From Omnitrophica WOR_2 bacterium GWF2_43_52 (lineage in GTDB: Bacteria > Omnitrophota > Gorgyraeia > Gygaellales > UBA12090): a stretch of DNA of 64,000 nucleotides. The DNA is taken from assembly GCA_001805445.1 (NCBI GenBank), contig MHGF01000034.1:102451-166450 (forward strand), given 5' to 3'. The notes beneath the pieces were generated by a model. That model was not told where the DNA came from. It searched no databases and saw only the letters and a program-made list of their open reading frames with translations. The position numbers and the translations under genes are program-made. Each line of letters starts with the position of its first letter. Within the stretch, counting starts at the first letter, position 1. Of the stretch, positions 19,246 to 27,515 are shown piece after piece.

Positions 19246-19261
19246 GTGCCTTAAAACCACT

Positions 19262-20980
19262 ATGGAGCTTTCTACTCTACGCCATTCGTGTTCGCATATT
19301 ATGGCCCAGGCAGTTAAAGAGCTTTGGCCGGAGGTTAAGCTTGGCATTGGCCCTTCCATTGAAGACGGCTTTTATTATGATTTTGATAAAAAGGAGCCCT
19401 TTGGCCCTGATGATTTGGCTAAGATAGAACAAAAAATGCAGGCACTAGTAAATGAGCGGCTGCCGTTTATCCGCGAAGAAATAAGCAGGAAAGAGGCTCT
19501 CGCATTATTTTCTGGCCTCGGGGAGAAATATAAAATGGATTTAATTAACGAGCTTCCCGCGGATACGGTGTCTCTTTATAAGACTGGTGGCCGTTTTACC
19601 GACCTTTGCCGCGGGCCGCATATTGAGTCGACGGATAAAGTAAAAAATTTTAAGCTTCTATCAATCGCTGGGGCTTATTGGCACGGCATAGAGACGAATC
19701 CTATGCTTCAGCGGATTTACGGCACCTGTTTTGAAAATAAACAGGAGCTTGATGAATATCTAAAGAATGTGGAGGAAGCCAGAAAGCGCGATCATCGCAA
19801 GCTGGGGCCCGCCTTGGGGTATTTTGATATCTATCATGATGAGGCAGGCGCGGGCTTGGTCTTTTATCATCCCAAAGGAGCAATCGTCCGCCGTTTAATA
19901 GAGGATTATGAAAAGGATGAACACCAGAAGCGCGGCTATCAGATGGTGATTACCCCGCATATCATGCAGCAGGGGCTGTGGCAGACCTCCGGACATTACG
20001 AATTCTATCGGCAGAATATGTATACCTTTGCGATAGATACGAAAGAATTCGTGCTTAAGCCGATGAATTGCCCGGGCCATATCTTGATTTACAAATCAAA
20101 ACTGCGCAGCTATCGGGAGTTACCGATACGTTTGTTTGAATTAGGCACTGTTTACCGGCATGAGCGGGCAGGGGTTTTACACGGCTTGCTTCGGGTACGC
20201 GGATTTACCCAGGATGACGCGCATATCTTTTGCGCTCAGGAACAGGTAAAAGAAGAAATTAAGAAGGTGGTGGATTTTGTTTTTTCGGCAATGAAGGATT
20301 TCGGCTTTCATGAGGTAGCAATCGAATTGAGCACGCGCCCCAAAGATTCTATCGGCAGTGATGAGGATTGGCTGCAGGCAACTGCCGCGCTGGAAGATTC
20401 TTTAAAAGAAAAAAATTTGATGTATAAAGTAAACGAAGGGGATGGAGCTTTTTATGGGCCTAAGATAGATATAAAATTGAAGGATGCCCTAAAAAGAGAA
20501 TGGCAATGCGCGACTATTCAGTGTGATTTTGCTTTGCCCTCGCGTTTTGATTTAAAGTATGTTGATAATGAAGGTAAGGAAAGGCAGCCGGTGATGCTGC
20601 ACCGTGTGGTGCTTGGTTCGCTAGAACGGTTTTTTGGCGCGCTCATTGAACATTATGGAGGCGCTCTTCCCGTATGGCTTTCACCGGTGCAGGCAGTGAT
20701 TATTCCCGTAAGAAAAGAAGATGAGAGCTATGGCCTGAGCGTAAAAGAGAAACTATTGGCAGAAAACCTGCGGGTAGACATGGATACGCGCAACGAAACC
20801 CTTACCAAGCGCATCCGTAATGCGGAGGTAGAGAAGGCGCCTTATATCATTATCATTGGGCAGAAAGAAGCTCTGGCTAACAAGGTTGCGTTACGAAAAA
20901 GAAGTGCCGGTGATCAGGGGCAGATGGATTGTGGTGAATTTATCGCAATGGTGAAGGAAGAGATACTTAATCGTCAATAA
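19262..20980 (+). CDS. thrS: Threonine--tRNA ligase (no TGS N-domain)
   Basis: Editing domain HSCSH plus class II catalytic core and anticodon-binding domain; 572 aa. Confidence 0.9.
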   Translation: MELSTLRHSCSHIMAQAVKELWPEVKLGIGPSIEDGFYYDFDKKEPFGPDDLAKIEQKMQALVNERLPFIREEISRKEALALFSGLGEKYKMDLINELPADTVSLYKTGGRFTDLCRGPHIESTDKVKNFKLLSIAGAYWHGIETNPMLQRIYGTCFENKQELDEYLKNVEEARKRDHRKLGPALGYFDIYHDEAGAGLVFYHPKGAIVRRLIEDYEKDEHQKRGYQMVITPHIMQQGLWQTSGHYEFYRQNMYTFAIDTKEFVLKPMNCPGHILIYKSKLRSYRELPIRLFELGTVYRHERAGVLHGLLRVRGFTQDDAHIFCAQEQVKEEIKKVVDFVFSAMKDFGFHEVAIELSTRPKDSIGSDEDWLQATAALEDSLKEKNLMYKVNEGDGAFYGPKIDIKLKDALKREWQCATIQCDFALPSRFDLKYVDNEGKERQPVMLHRVVLGSLERFFGALIEHYGGALPVWLSPVQAVIIPVRKEDESYGLSVKEKLLAENLRVDMDTRNETLTKRIRNAEVEKAPYIIIIGQKEALANKVALRKRSAGDQGQMDCGEFIAMVKEEILNRQ

Positions 20981-21050
20981 CGGTTTGTAGCCTATGGTGT
21001 ATAGCCGAAAGCTATAAACTATATGCCATGCGCTATCAACTAAACAGGAG

Positions 21051-21569
21051 GTGGTTACTATTCAAAAGTTTATCAGAGTAAATGAAAGAATTCGTGCGCC
21101 ACAGGTGCGGCTTATCGGCCCAGAGGGAGAACAATTGGGAATTGTCGCGTTGCAAAAGGCGCTTGCCATGACAGAGCAGTATGAGTTAGACTTAGTTGAA
21201 GTGGCGCCTAACGCGGCTCCTCCGGTTTGCAGGATTTTGGATTTTTCAAAATTCAAATATGAGGAGGAAAAGAAAGAGCGCCAAAGCAAGAAACGCCAGC
21301 ACCAGGTGCACCTTAAAGAAATCAGGGTAAAGCCAAATATAGAAGAGCATGATTATCAGGTAAAACTAAAACGTCTTATCACTTTTTTGCAAAAGAAAGA
21401 TAAGGTGAAGGTAGGCATGTTTTTCCGGGGGAGAGAAATGTCGCATCAGGAATTAGGCCGCCGTATATTAGATAGGTTTATTGCTGAGTCGACGCAGTAT
21501 GGTATTGTCGAAAAACCCCCTATTCTTGAAGGGAGAGCTATTTCGATGATTATCGGCCCGAAAGTATAG
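21051..21569 (+). CDS. infC: Translation initiation factor IF-3
   Basis: INERIRAPQVRLIGPEGEQLG...; conserved infC-rpmI-rplT operon. Confidence 0.9.
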   Translation: MVTIQKFIRVNERIRAPQVRLIGPEGEQLGIVALQKALAMTEQYELDLVEVAPNAAPPVCRILDFSKFKYEEEKKERQSKKRQHQVHLKEIRVKPNIEEHDYQVKLKRLITFLQKKDKVKVGMFFRGREMSHQELGRRILDRFIAESTQYGIVEKPPILEGRAISMIIGPKV

Positions 21570-21584
21570 TCAAGTAACGGGAAA

Positions 21585-21682
21585 TGAGTAGAGAGTAAAT
21601 AGCAGAAAGTAAATAGTAGAAAGTAGAAAGTGCCGCTTTTTTACTTACTCACTACTCCCTACTTACTACTCTTTACTTTTAA
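21585..21682. repeat. AGTAG-heptad hairpin (family F)
   Basis: Purine arm (agtagaaagtagaaagt...) opposed by a pyrimidine arm (acttactcactactccctacttactact). Confidence 0.5.
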
Positions 21683-21699
21683 AATGGAGTGAGGATATA

Positions 21700-21897
21700 A
21701 TGCCAAAGTTGAAAACAAGAAAAGGAATCAGAAAAAGATTCCGGATTACAAAATCAGGAAAAATAAAACGGGGGACTGCCGGTAAAGGGCATCTTCTTTC
21801 GGTAAAAGAAGAGGAGCGTAAACGTAAGCTCAAAAGAACGGCCTTGGTAGATAAAACCCAGGAACGGATGATTAAAAGGATGCTACCATATAAGTAG
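21700..21897 (+). CDS. rpmI: 50S ribosomal protein L35
   Basis: MPKLKTRKGIRKRFRITKSGKIKR. Confidence 0.9.
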   Translation: MPKLKTRKGIRKRFRITKSGKIKRGTAGKGHLLSVKEEERKRKLKRTALVDKTQERMIKRMLPYK

Positions 21898-21980
21898 AAA
21901 GTAGGGAGTAGCAAGTAGAGAGTAAGTGAAAAGGAAAATACTATCTACTCACTACTATCTACTTACTACTTTTAAAACGA
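21893..21980. repeat. AGTAG-heptad hairpin (family F)
   Basis: aagtagaaagtagggagtagcaagtagagagtaagtg...ctactcactactatctacttactact. Confidence 0.5.
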
Positions 21981-21992
21981 AGTGAGGAGAAT

Positions 21993-22340
21993 ATGTCAAG
22001 AGTTAAAACAAGCGTTGTGAGAAGAAAACGGGTAAAGAAAGTTTTGAAAAGGGCGAAAGGCCAATGGGGTGATCGTTCCAAACAGTACCTTCAGGCAAAG
22101 CGTTCGTTGTTACACAGTGATACGTATGCTTACCGCGACCGCAAGAAGCGTAAAATTGAATTCCGCCAACTTTGGATTGCGCGGCTTAATGCCGCGGTAA
22201 GGGCTGCCGGAATGACCTATAGCCGGTTTATCAACGGCTTAAAAAAGGCGAACGTAACTTTAAACAGAAAGATGCTCGCGGAGTTAGCGGTAAATGACGC
22301 AAAGGTATTTCAGAAGATTATTGAAGTAGCGAAAGGATAG
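21993..22340 (+). CDS. rplT: 50S ribosomal protein L20
   Basis: MSRVKTSVVRRKRVKKVLKRAKG... Confidence 0.9.
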   Translation: MSRVKTSVVRRKRVKKVLKRAKGQWGDRSKQYLQAKRSLLHSDTYAYRDRKKRKIEFRQLWIARLNAAVRAAGMTYSRFINGLKKANVTLNRKMLAELAVNDAKVFQKIIEVAKG

Positions 22341-22420
22341 TAAACAGTAGTAAGTAGAGAGTAGAGAGTAGAGAGTAGATAGTGGAAAATAAAATTCTGT
22401 TTACTAATTACTAACTAGTT
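22341..22420. repeat. AGTAG-heptad hairpin (family F)
   Basis: agtagtaagtagagagtagagagtagagagtagatagtgg...tgtttactaattactaactag. Confidence 0.45.
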
Positions 22421-22427
22421 ATTGCTG

Positions 22428-22566
22428 AAAAACCTTTATTTTGCACGAATAGGCACAAATTACACACAAATACACACGAATTACTTCGTCGCTGTATTCG
22501 TGATGATTAGTGTGTAATTCGTGGGAATTCGTGTTTAAAAGACACTTTTTCAGTGATAACTAACTA
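22428..22566. repeat. Repeat family D, copy 2
   Basis: Near-identical to 17921-18056. Confidence 0.6.
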
Positions 22567-22602
22567 CTAACTACTTTTTTTTCCCGAGCGAAGCGAGGGT
22601 AC

Positions 22603-23247
22603 ATGTACGTCATAATCGTCGGTTGCGGAAGGGTCGGTTCGGAATTAGCAAAATTGCTCTCAAGCGAAGGGCATAATGTGGTAGTGGTAGACCGTTCGCC
22701 AAAAAGTTTTGACCGGTTAGGTAAAACCTTTAACGGGATGACGCTGGTGGGCAATGGTTTTGACGTAGAGCTGTTAAAGCAGGCAGGGATTGCCCAGGCA
22801 GATGCCTTTTGCAGTGTGACTAACGGTGATAACAGCAACATCGTTGCCGCGCAGGTGGCCAAGAAGATTTTCAAGGTCCCTAAAGTCATTGCCAGGGTCT
22901 ATGATCCAAGCCGGGCGGATATTTATAAAAGCTTAGGCCTTGATATTATCAGCGGGACTATTCTTTTCGCGGCAATGATTCGCGATAAGATTATTGAAAG
23001 CCGTTTTTCCAGCTACCTGATTGAAAGCAAGGATGTCGGTGTGCTTGAGATTGAAGTTGATAAAGATATCGCGGGAAAAACTGTTGAAGAAATTAATATG
23101 CCCGGTGAGTTATTAGTGGTAATGATTAAAGGCATTAAAGGAGTAATTCTTCCGGAGTACAAAACAAGGCTGCAGAAAAATGATGTCATTATGGCCTTGG
23201 TGAAAACCGAAAGCTTAGATACCGTCCGAAGCAGGTTTAAAATATAG
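22603..23247 (+). CDS. trkA: TrkA/KtrA K+ transport regulatory subunit (RCK_N + RCK_C), paralog 1
   Basis: IIVGCGRVGSELA Rossmann motif; 214 aa. Confidence 0.8.
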   Translation: MYVIIVGCGRVGSELAKLLSSEGHNVVVVDRSPKSFDRLGKTFNGMTLVGNGFDVELLKQAGIAQADAFCSVTNGDNSNIVAAQVAKKIFKVPKVIARVYDPSRADIYKSLGLDIISGTILFAAMIRDKIIESRFSSYLIESKDVGVLEIEVDKDIAGKTVEEINMPGELLVVMIKGIKGVILPEYKTRLQKNDVIMALVKTESLDTVRSRFKI

Positions 23248-23257
23248 CGGAACGAGT

Positions 23258-23358
23258 AAATAGTAGGGAATAGAAAGTAGGGAGTAGAAAGTAGATAGTA
23301 GATAGTAGTGAGTAGGTAGTATGAGAATACTGTTTACTCACTACTCTCTACTATTTTC
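23258..23358. repeat. AGTAG-heptad hairpin (family F)
   Basis: gagtaaatagtagggaatagaaagtagggagtagaaagtagatagtagatagtagtgagtaggtagt...tactgtttactcactactctctactatt. Confidence 0.5.
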
Positions 23359-23379
23359 TCCCGAGCGAAGCGAGGGTAA

Positions 23380-24042
23380 ATGTATATCATAATCGTCGGC
23401 GGCGGGAAAATTGGGCATATCCTGGCCAAGCGGCTTTCCGCGGATAAGCATACGGTAGTTGTCATTGAGCGGGATCGCGGGGTATGCGAAGCAATCGCTA
23501 AGGATCTTGACTGTATTGTAATTCACGGTGATGGCTGTGAGCCGCGATATCTTGAAGAATCAGGTGTCGCGCGCGCGGACGTGGTCGCCAGCGTCACCGG
23601 TGAAGATGAAGATAATCTGGTTGTCTGTCAGCTCGCGAAGGAGAAATTCAAGGTTTCCCGCACGGTAGCCAGAATTAATGATCCCAGAAATGAAACGGTG
23701 TTTGCCCAATTAGGCGTGGATGTGCCTGTTGATGCTACCGCTATCCTCGCAAAAATTATTGAAGAGGAGGTTTCCTTCGCTGATTTTGTAAACCTCATGA
23801 GCTTTAAACGCGGGAAACTTGCCATTATACGAGTAGACCTGCCTTCTGATTCACCCGTTATTAATAAGTCGCTCCAGGAGTTACAACTACCTTTAGATTC
23901 CGTCTTGGTTTCTATCATCCGGACCGATCAGGTTATTATCCCTAAGGGGAATACCGTGCTTCAGGCAGGAGATGATATTATCGCCCTTACCAAAGTGGAG
24001 CAGGAACAGCAGTTGTTAACCTATCTTATCGGAAAATTATGA
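23380..24042 (+). CDS. trkA: TrkA/KtrA paralog 2
   Basis: IIVGGGKIGHILA motif. Both trkA paralogs share the upstream leader cccgagcgaagcgagggta.atgta. Confidence 0.8.
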   Translation: MYIIIVGGGKIGHILAKRLSADKHTVVVIERDRGVCEAIAKDLDCIVIHGDGCEPRYLEESGVARADVVASVTGEDEDNLVVCQLAKEKFKVSRTVARINDPRNETVFAQLGVDVPVDATAILAKIIEEEVSFADFVNLMSFKRGKLAIIRVDLPSDSPVINKSLQELQLPLDSVLVSIIRTDQVIIPKGNTVLQAGDDIIALTKVEQEQQLLTYLIGKL

Positions 24043-24166
24043 ACTCAGCGCCTTCTCTATCGTTGCTTTCATTAAAAATTAGCCGCTTTGCGCATTTTTC
24101 CCCTACCCCTATAAAGGAAGTTCTGAATAAAAAAGCCTGCCTGCCCAGCAGGCAGGAAGGTGCGGG

Positions 24167-24316
24167 ATGAATTTTAAAACCGCGGCCTTTGGCTTATATC
24201 AGTCCTCTTCTGGAATTTTGGTAGAAATAGCCTATAGTTTCGCGATTATTATAATGAGCTTCGGCGTTATCTATGTGGTCAAACTACTCCAATGGTTCTT
24301 AAGCCGACATTAGGCG
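24167..24316 (+). CDS. Candidate small hydrophobic protein (49 aa) overlapping the trkH start
   Basis: Strong RBS aggaagg, then MNFKTAAFGLYQSSSGILVEIAYSFAIIIMSFGVIYVVKLLQWFLSRH. In a different frame from trkH, with a 25-nt overlap. Confidence 0.3.
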
Positions 24317-25794
24317 ATCTTAAAACAATCGGATATTACCTGGGAAAGATTATCATCGGGTTGGGCATGACGATGATTTTTCCCATAGCCTGCGCGCTTC
24401 TCTTTCGCGAGATAAATCCTCTCTATGATTTTACGATAAGCATTCTTATCTGTTTGATTTTTGGCCAAGCGCTCACCATGCTTTGTCATACCGAAAAGGA
24501 TTTGGGCTGGATGCACGGAATGGTGGTGGTTAGCCTGGCGTGGCTTATCGCCGCGGTTTTAGGAGCAATCCCCTTCTATTTCAGCGGCCACTGGAAATCA
24601 TTTCTTGATTGTGTTTTTGATTCAATGAGCGGTTTTGCTACTACCGGGCTTGTGCTTGTGCGGGACCTTGACCATATTAGTAGAGCTGTAAACATTTGGC
24701 GCCATGTGATTATGTTTCTTGGAGGACAGGGAGTTGTGGTTATCGCCCTTTCGTTCTTAGTGCGCGGCTCAGCCGGCGCGTTTAGGATGTATGTGGGAGA
24801 GGCCCGGGATGAAAAAATTCTGCCGAATGTGGTTGAAACTTCACGTTTTATTTGGATCGTAAGCATAACCTACCTTGTGTTGGGGACAATCGCGTTGGCG
24901 GTTACCGGTAAAATGGAAGGGATGTCCTGGATAAACAGCTTCTTCCATGGCGTATGCATATTTATGGCCGCTTTTGATACCGGAGGCTTCGCTCCGCAAT
25001 CCCAAAACCTATTATATTACCATAGCCTTGCTTACGAAGTTATCACTATCGTTATCATGATTTTAGGAGCTATGAATTTTAAGCTTCATTATACCGTCTG
25101 GCTCAAGAGGAGAAAAGAAATAGCGGATAATATTGAAACGCGGACTTTTTTTATGACGGCCATGTTTACCTTTTTCTTGCTCGCCATCGGCCTCAATAAA
25201 TTAGGGGTATACCCCGATGCCCTGGGGTTATTCAGGAAAGGGTTTTATCAATTAATCTCAGGCCACACCGGCACAGGCTTTCAGACCATTTACGCCCGGC
25301 AGTTTATCCATGAATGGGGAGCTCTTGCCTTGATAGCCTTAACCTTGGCTATGGCTTTAGGCGGAGGCGTATGTTCTACTACCGGCGGTATCAAGATGTT
25401 GAGAATAGGGGTTATCTTTAAGGCCTTATACAATGATGTAAAAAAAATAATGTTGCCTGAGGCGGCAGTTTTTGTGGAAAAATACCATCATATTAAGGAT
25501 GTGGTGCTGGAAGACCGGCAGGTGCGTTCGGCGGTATTAATTTCTTTTTGTTACTTCGGCCTTTATGCCGTGGGGGCAATTATCGGGATGATGCTTGGGT
25601 ATCCGGCGCTCGCGGCACTCTTTGAATCAACCTCAGCCGCGGCAAACGTGGGTTTAAGCTGTGGAATAACGACGCCTGCTATGCCGGCAGTCCTCAAAGT
25701 TACTTACATACTTCAGATGTGGATTGGACGGCTTGAATTTATGTCGGTATTTACGCTTGCAGGGTTCTTTATTGCCTTTGTGAGGGGAAAATGA
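24292..25794 (+). CDS. trkH: TrkH/KtrB K+ transporter membrane subunit
   Basis: 500 aa, polytopic; GGGVCSTTGGIKMLR selectivity-filter-like motif. Confidence 0.8.
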   Translation: MVLKPTLGDLKTIGYYLGKIIIGLGMTMIFPIACALLFREINPLYDFTISILICLIFGQALTMLCHTEKDLGWMHGMVVVSLAWLIAAVLGAIPFYFSGHWKSFLDCVFDSMSGFATTGLVLVRDLDHISRAVNIWRHVIMFLGGQGVVVIALSFLVRGSAGAFRMYVGEARDEKILPNVVETSRFIWIVSITYLVLGTIALAVTGKMEGMSWINSFFHGVCIFMAAFDTGGFAPQSQNLLYYHSLAYEVITIVIMILGAMNFKLHYTVWLKRRKEIADNIETRTFFMTAMFTFFLLAIGLNKLGVYPDALGLFRKGFYQLISGHTGTGFQTIYARQFIHEWGALALIALTLAMALGGGVCSTTGGIKMLRIGVIFKALYNDVKKIMLPEAAVFVEKYHHIKDVVLEDRQVRSAVLISFCYFGLYAVGAIIGMMLGYPALAALFESTSAAANVGLSCGITTPAMPAVLKVTYILQMWIGRLEFMSVFTLAGFFIAFVRGK

Positions 25795-26375
25795 GAAATC
25801 CCCGTGGACGTGAGGCGAGGGACGTGGGGCGAGGGACGTGGGATGTGAAACGTGAAACGCCGCCGTTCTTTCGTCCTGCGTCCTGCGTCTTTCGTCTCTC
25901 GTTATTATTATCCGTTGCCTATTGCCTATCTTCTGTCTCGTATGCCCAAACAACCGTCACCTCAACAGAGCTTATTGAGCGCGCCAAAGAGTTGAACGGC
26001 AAAGAGGTAAGTTATCAGGGTGAGGCCATTGGCGAGGCCATGGCGCGCGGGGAGCATTTCTGGATTAATGTAAACGACGGAAATAACGCCATTGGCGTCT
26101 GGGCCCCTGATAATTTTTTAAGCGTAATTTCTTTTACCGGCGGCTATACCGCCAAAGGCGATTGGCTTGAAGTAAGGGGCGTATTTAACCGCGCCTGCAA
26201 AATGCACGGAGGAGATGTAGACATACACGCTTTGGCTCTGATAAAGGCCAGAGAAGGGAAAGCAGTCACGCACCGTTTAGCGCGGGGAAAACATACATTA
26301 ATTGTTATTTTATTGGGAGCGTTCATATGTCTTTCGATTTTACAGCTCTTGAAGAAGAGGCTCGGCAAAAAATAG
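25791..26375 (+). CDS. Hypothetical secreted protein; start uncertain
   Basis: Signal-peptide-like LSLLLSVAYCLSSVSYAQ. The N-terminal 40 codons are encoded by tandem oligonucleotide repeats. Confidence 0.35.
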   Translation: MRNPRGREARDVGRGTWDVKRETPPFFRPASCVFRLSLLLSVAYCLSSVSYAQTTVTSTELIERAKELNGKEVSYQGEAIGEAMARGEHFWINVNDGNNAIGVWAPDNFLSVISFTGGYTAKGDWLEVRGVFNRACKMHGGDVDIHALALIKAREGKAVTHRLARGKHTLIVILLGAFICLSILQLLKKRLGKK

Positions 26376-27412
26376 CCCAGGCCCAGGATGCAGCTTTGCT
26401 GGAAGCATTGCGGATACAGTATCTGGGCAGGAAAGGCTTGCTTGCTGAAATCACGGCAATCATTCCCACGCTTCCTTTGGAAGCGCGCCCGGAATACGGA
26501 AAAAACGCCAATCTTTTAAAAAATAAGCTTAATCAACTTCTTGAGGCAAGAGCGCGGCAGATTAAGGAAGATGCAACTGCTTTGTTTGAGCAGTTTGACT
26601 TTACTTTGCCGGGGGCAATCCCTCAGGCAGGAACAGCCCATCCTATCGCGCAGACAGTAAAGGAAATATCCGATATCTTTACCAAGCTGGGGTTTGTTAT
26701 CGCCGAGGGCCCGGAAGTTGAGACAGAGTTTAATAATTTTACCGGTCTTAATATTCCTTTAGACCATCCAGCAAGGGACGCGTTTGATACGTTTTATATA
26801 AAGTCACCAAGTCACCAAGTCACCAGGTCACCAGAAAAAGAAAAGAATCGGTTTTTATTGCGCAGCCATACCTCGCCGGTCCAAATCAGGGTGATGAAAA
26901 AACATAAGCCGCCTTTGGCGGTGATTGTGCCGGGGAAGGTGTATCGGCCTGACGCGGTGGATGCCTCGCATTCTTTTATGTTCCATCAAATAGAAGGGTT
27001 TTTGGTTGATGAGGATGTGAAATTTTCTGATCTTAAAGGGATTCTTTCTGTTTTGGCGAAGAAACTTTTTAGTAGGAATATAAAAATGCGTTTCAGGCCG
27101 CATTTTTTCCCTTTTACCGAGCCATCAGCGGAGGTAGATATTTCATGCATACTATGTAAGAGTCACCAGGTCACCAAGTCACAAGGTCACCAGGAGAAGC
27201 GTTGCAGTGTCTGTGGCGGTAAGGGATGGCTTGAGATTATGGGTTGCGGCATGATTCATCCTAATGTCTTTGCCAATGTGGGATATCCAAAAGGTGCCTA
27301 TACCGGCTTTGCCTTTGGCATGGGGGTAGACCGAATTGCTATGCTTAAGTACGGTATCAATGATATTCGTTTGTTTTATGAGAATGATTTGAGGTTTTTG
27401 AGGCAGTTTTAG
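26327..27412 (+). CDS. pheS: Phenylalanine--tRNA ligase alpha subunit
   Basis: Class II motifs (FRPHFFPFTEPSAEVD...GMGVDRIAML). Contains two in-frame GTCACCA-repeat inserts. Confidence 0.9.
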   Translation: MSFDFTALEEEARQKIAQAQDAALLEALRIQYLGRKGLLAEITAIIPTLPLEARPEYGKNANLLKNKLNQLLEARARQIKEDATALFEQFDFTLPGAIPQAGTAHPIAQTVKEISDIFTKLGFVIAEGPEVETEFNNFTGLNIPLDHPARDAFDTFYIKSPSHQVTRSPEKEKNRFLLRSHTSPVQIRVMKKHKPPLAVIVPGKVYRPDAVDASHSFMFHQIEGFLVDEDVKFSDLKGILSVLAKKLFSRNIKMRFRPHFFPFTEPSAEVDISCILCKSHQVTKSQGHQEKRCSVCGGKGWLEIMGCGMIHPNVFANVGYPKGAYTGFAFGMGVDRIAMLKYGINDIRLFYENDLRFLRQF

Positions 27413-27417
27413 AAGGC

Positions 27418-27490
27418 GCGGGCCCTGTCAAGGTTGTATTTTCGCCCCGCCTACGGCGGGGCTCAAATACAATCTTGCCGCCCGTGCTAC
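27418..27490. repeat. Repeat family B (nested hairpin, REP/MITE-like), copy 1
   Basis: ggccctgtcaaggttgtattttcgccccgcctacggcggggctcaaatacaatcttgccgcccg. A related longer copy lies at 35335-35510. Confidence 0.5.
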
Positions 27491-27515
27491 AACTGTATCT
27501 TAAGGAGGTTTTTAG

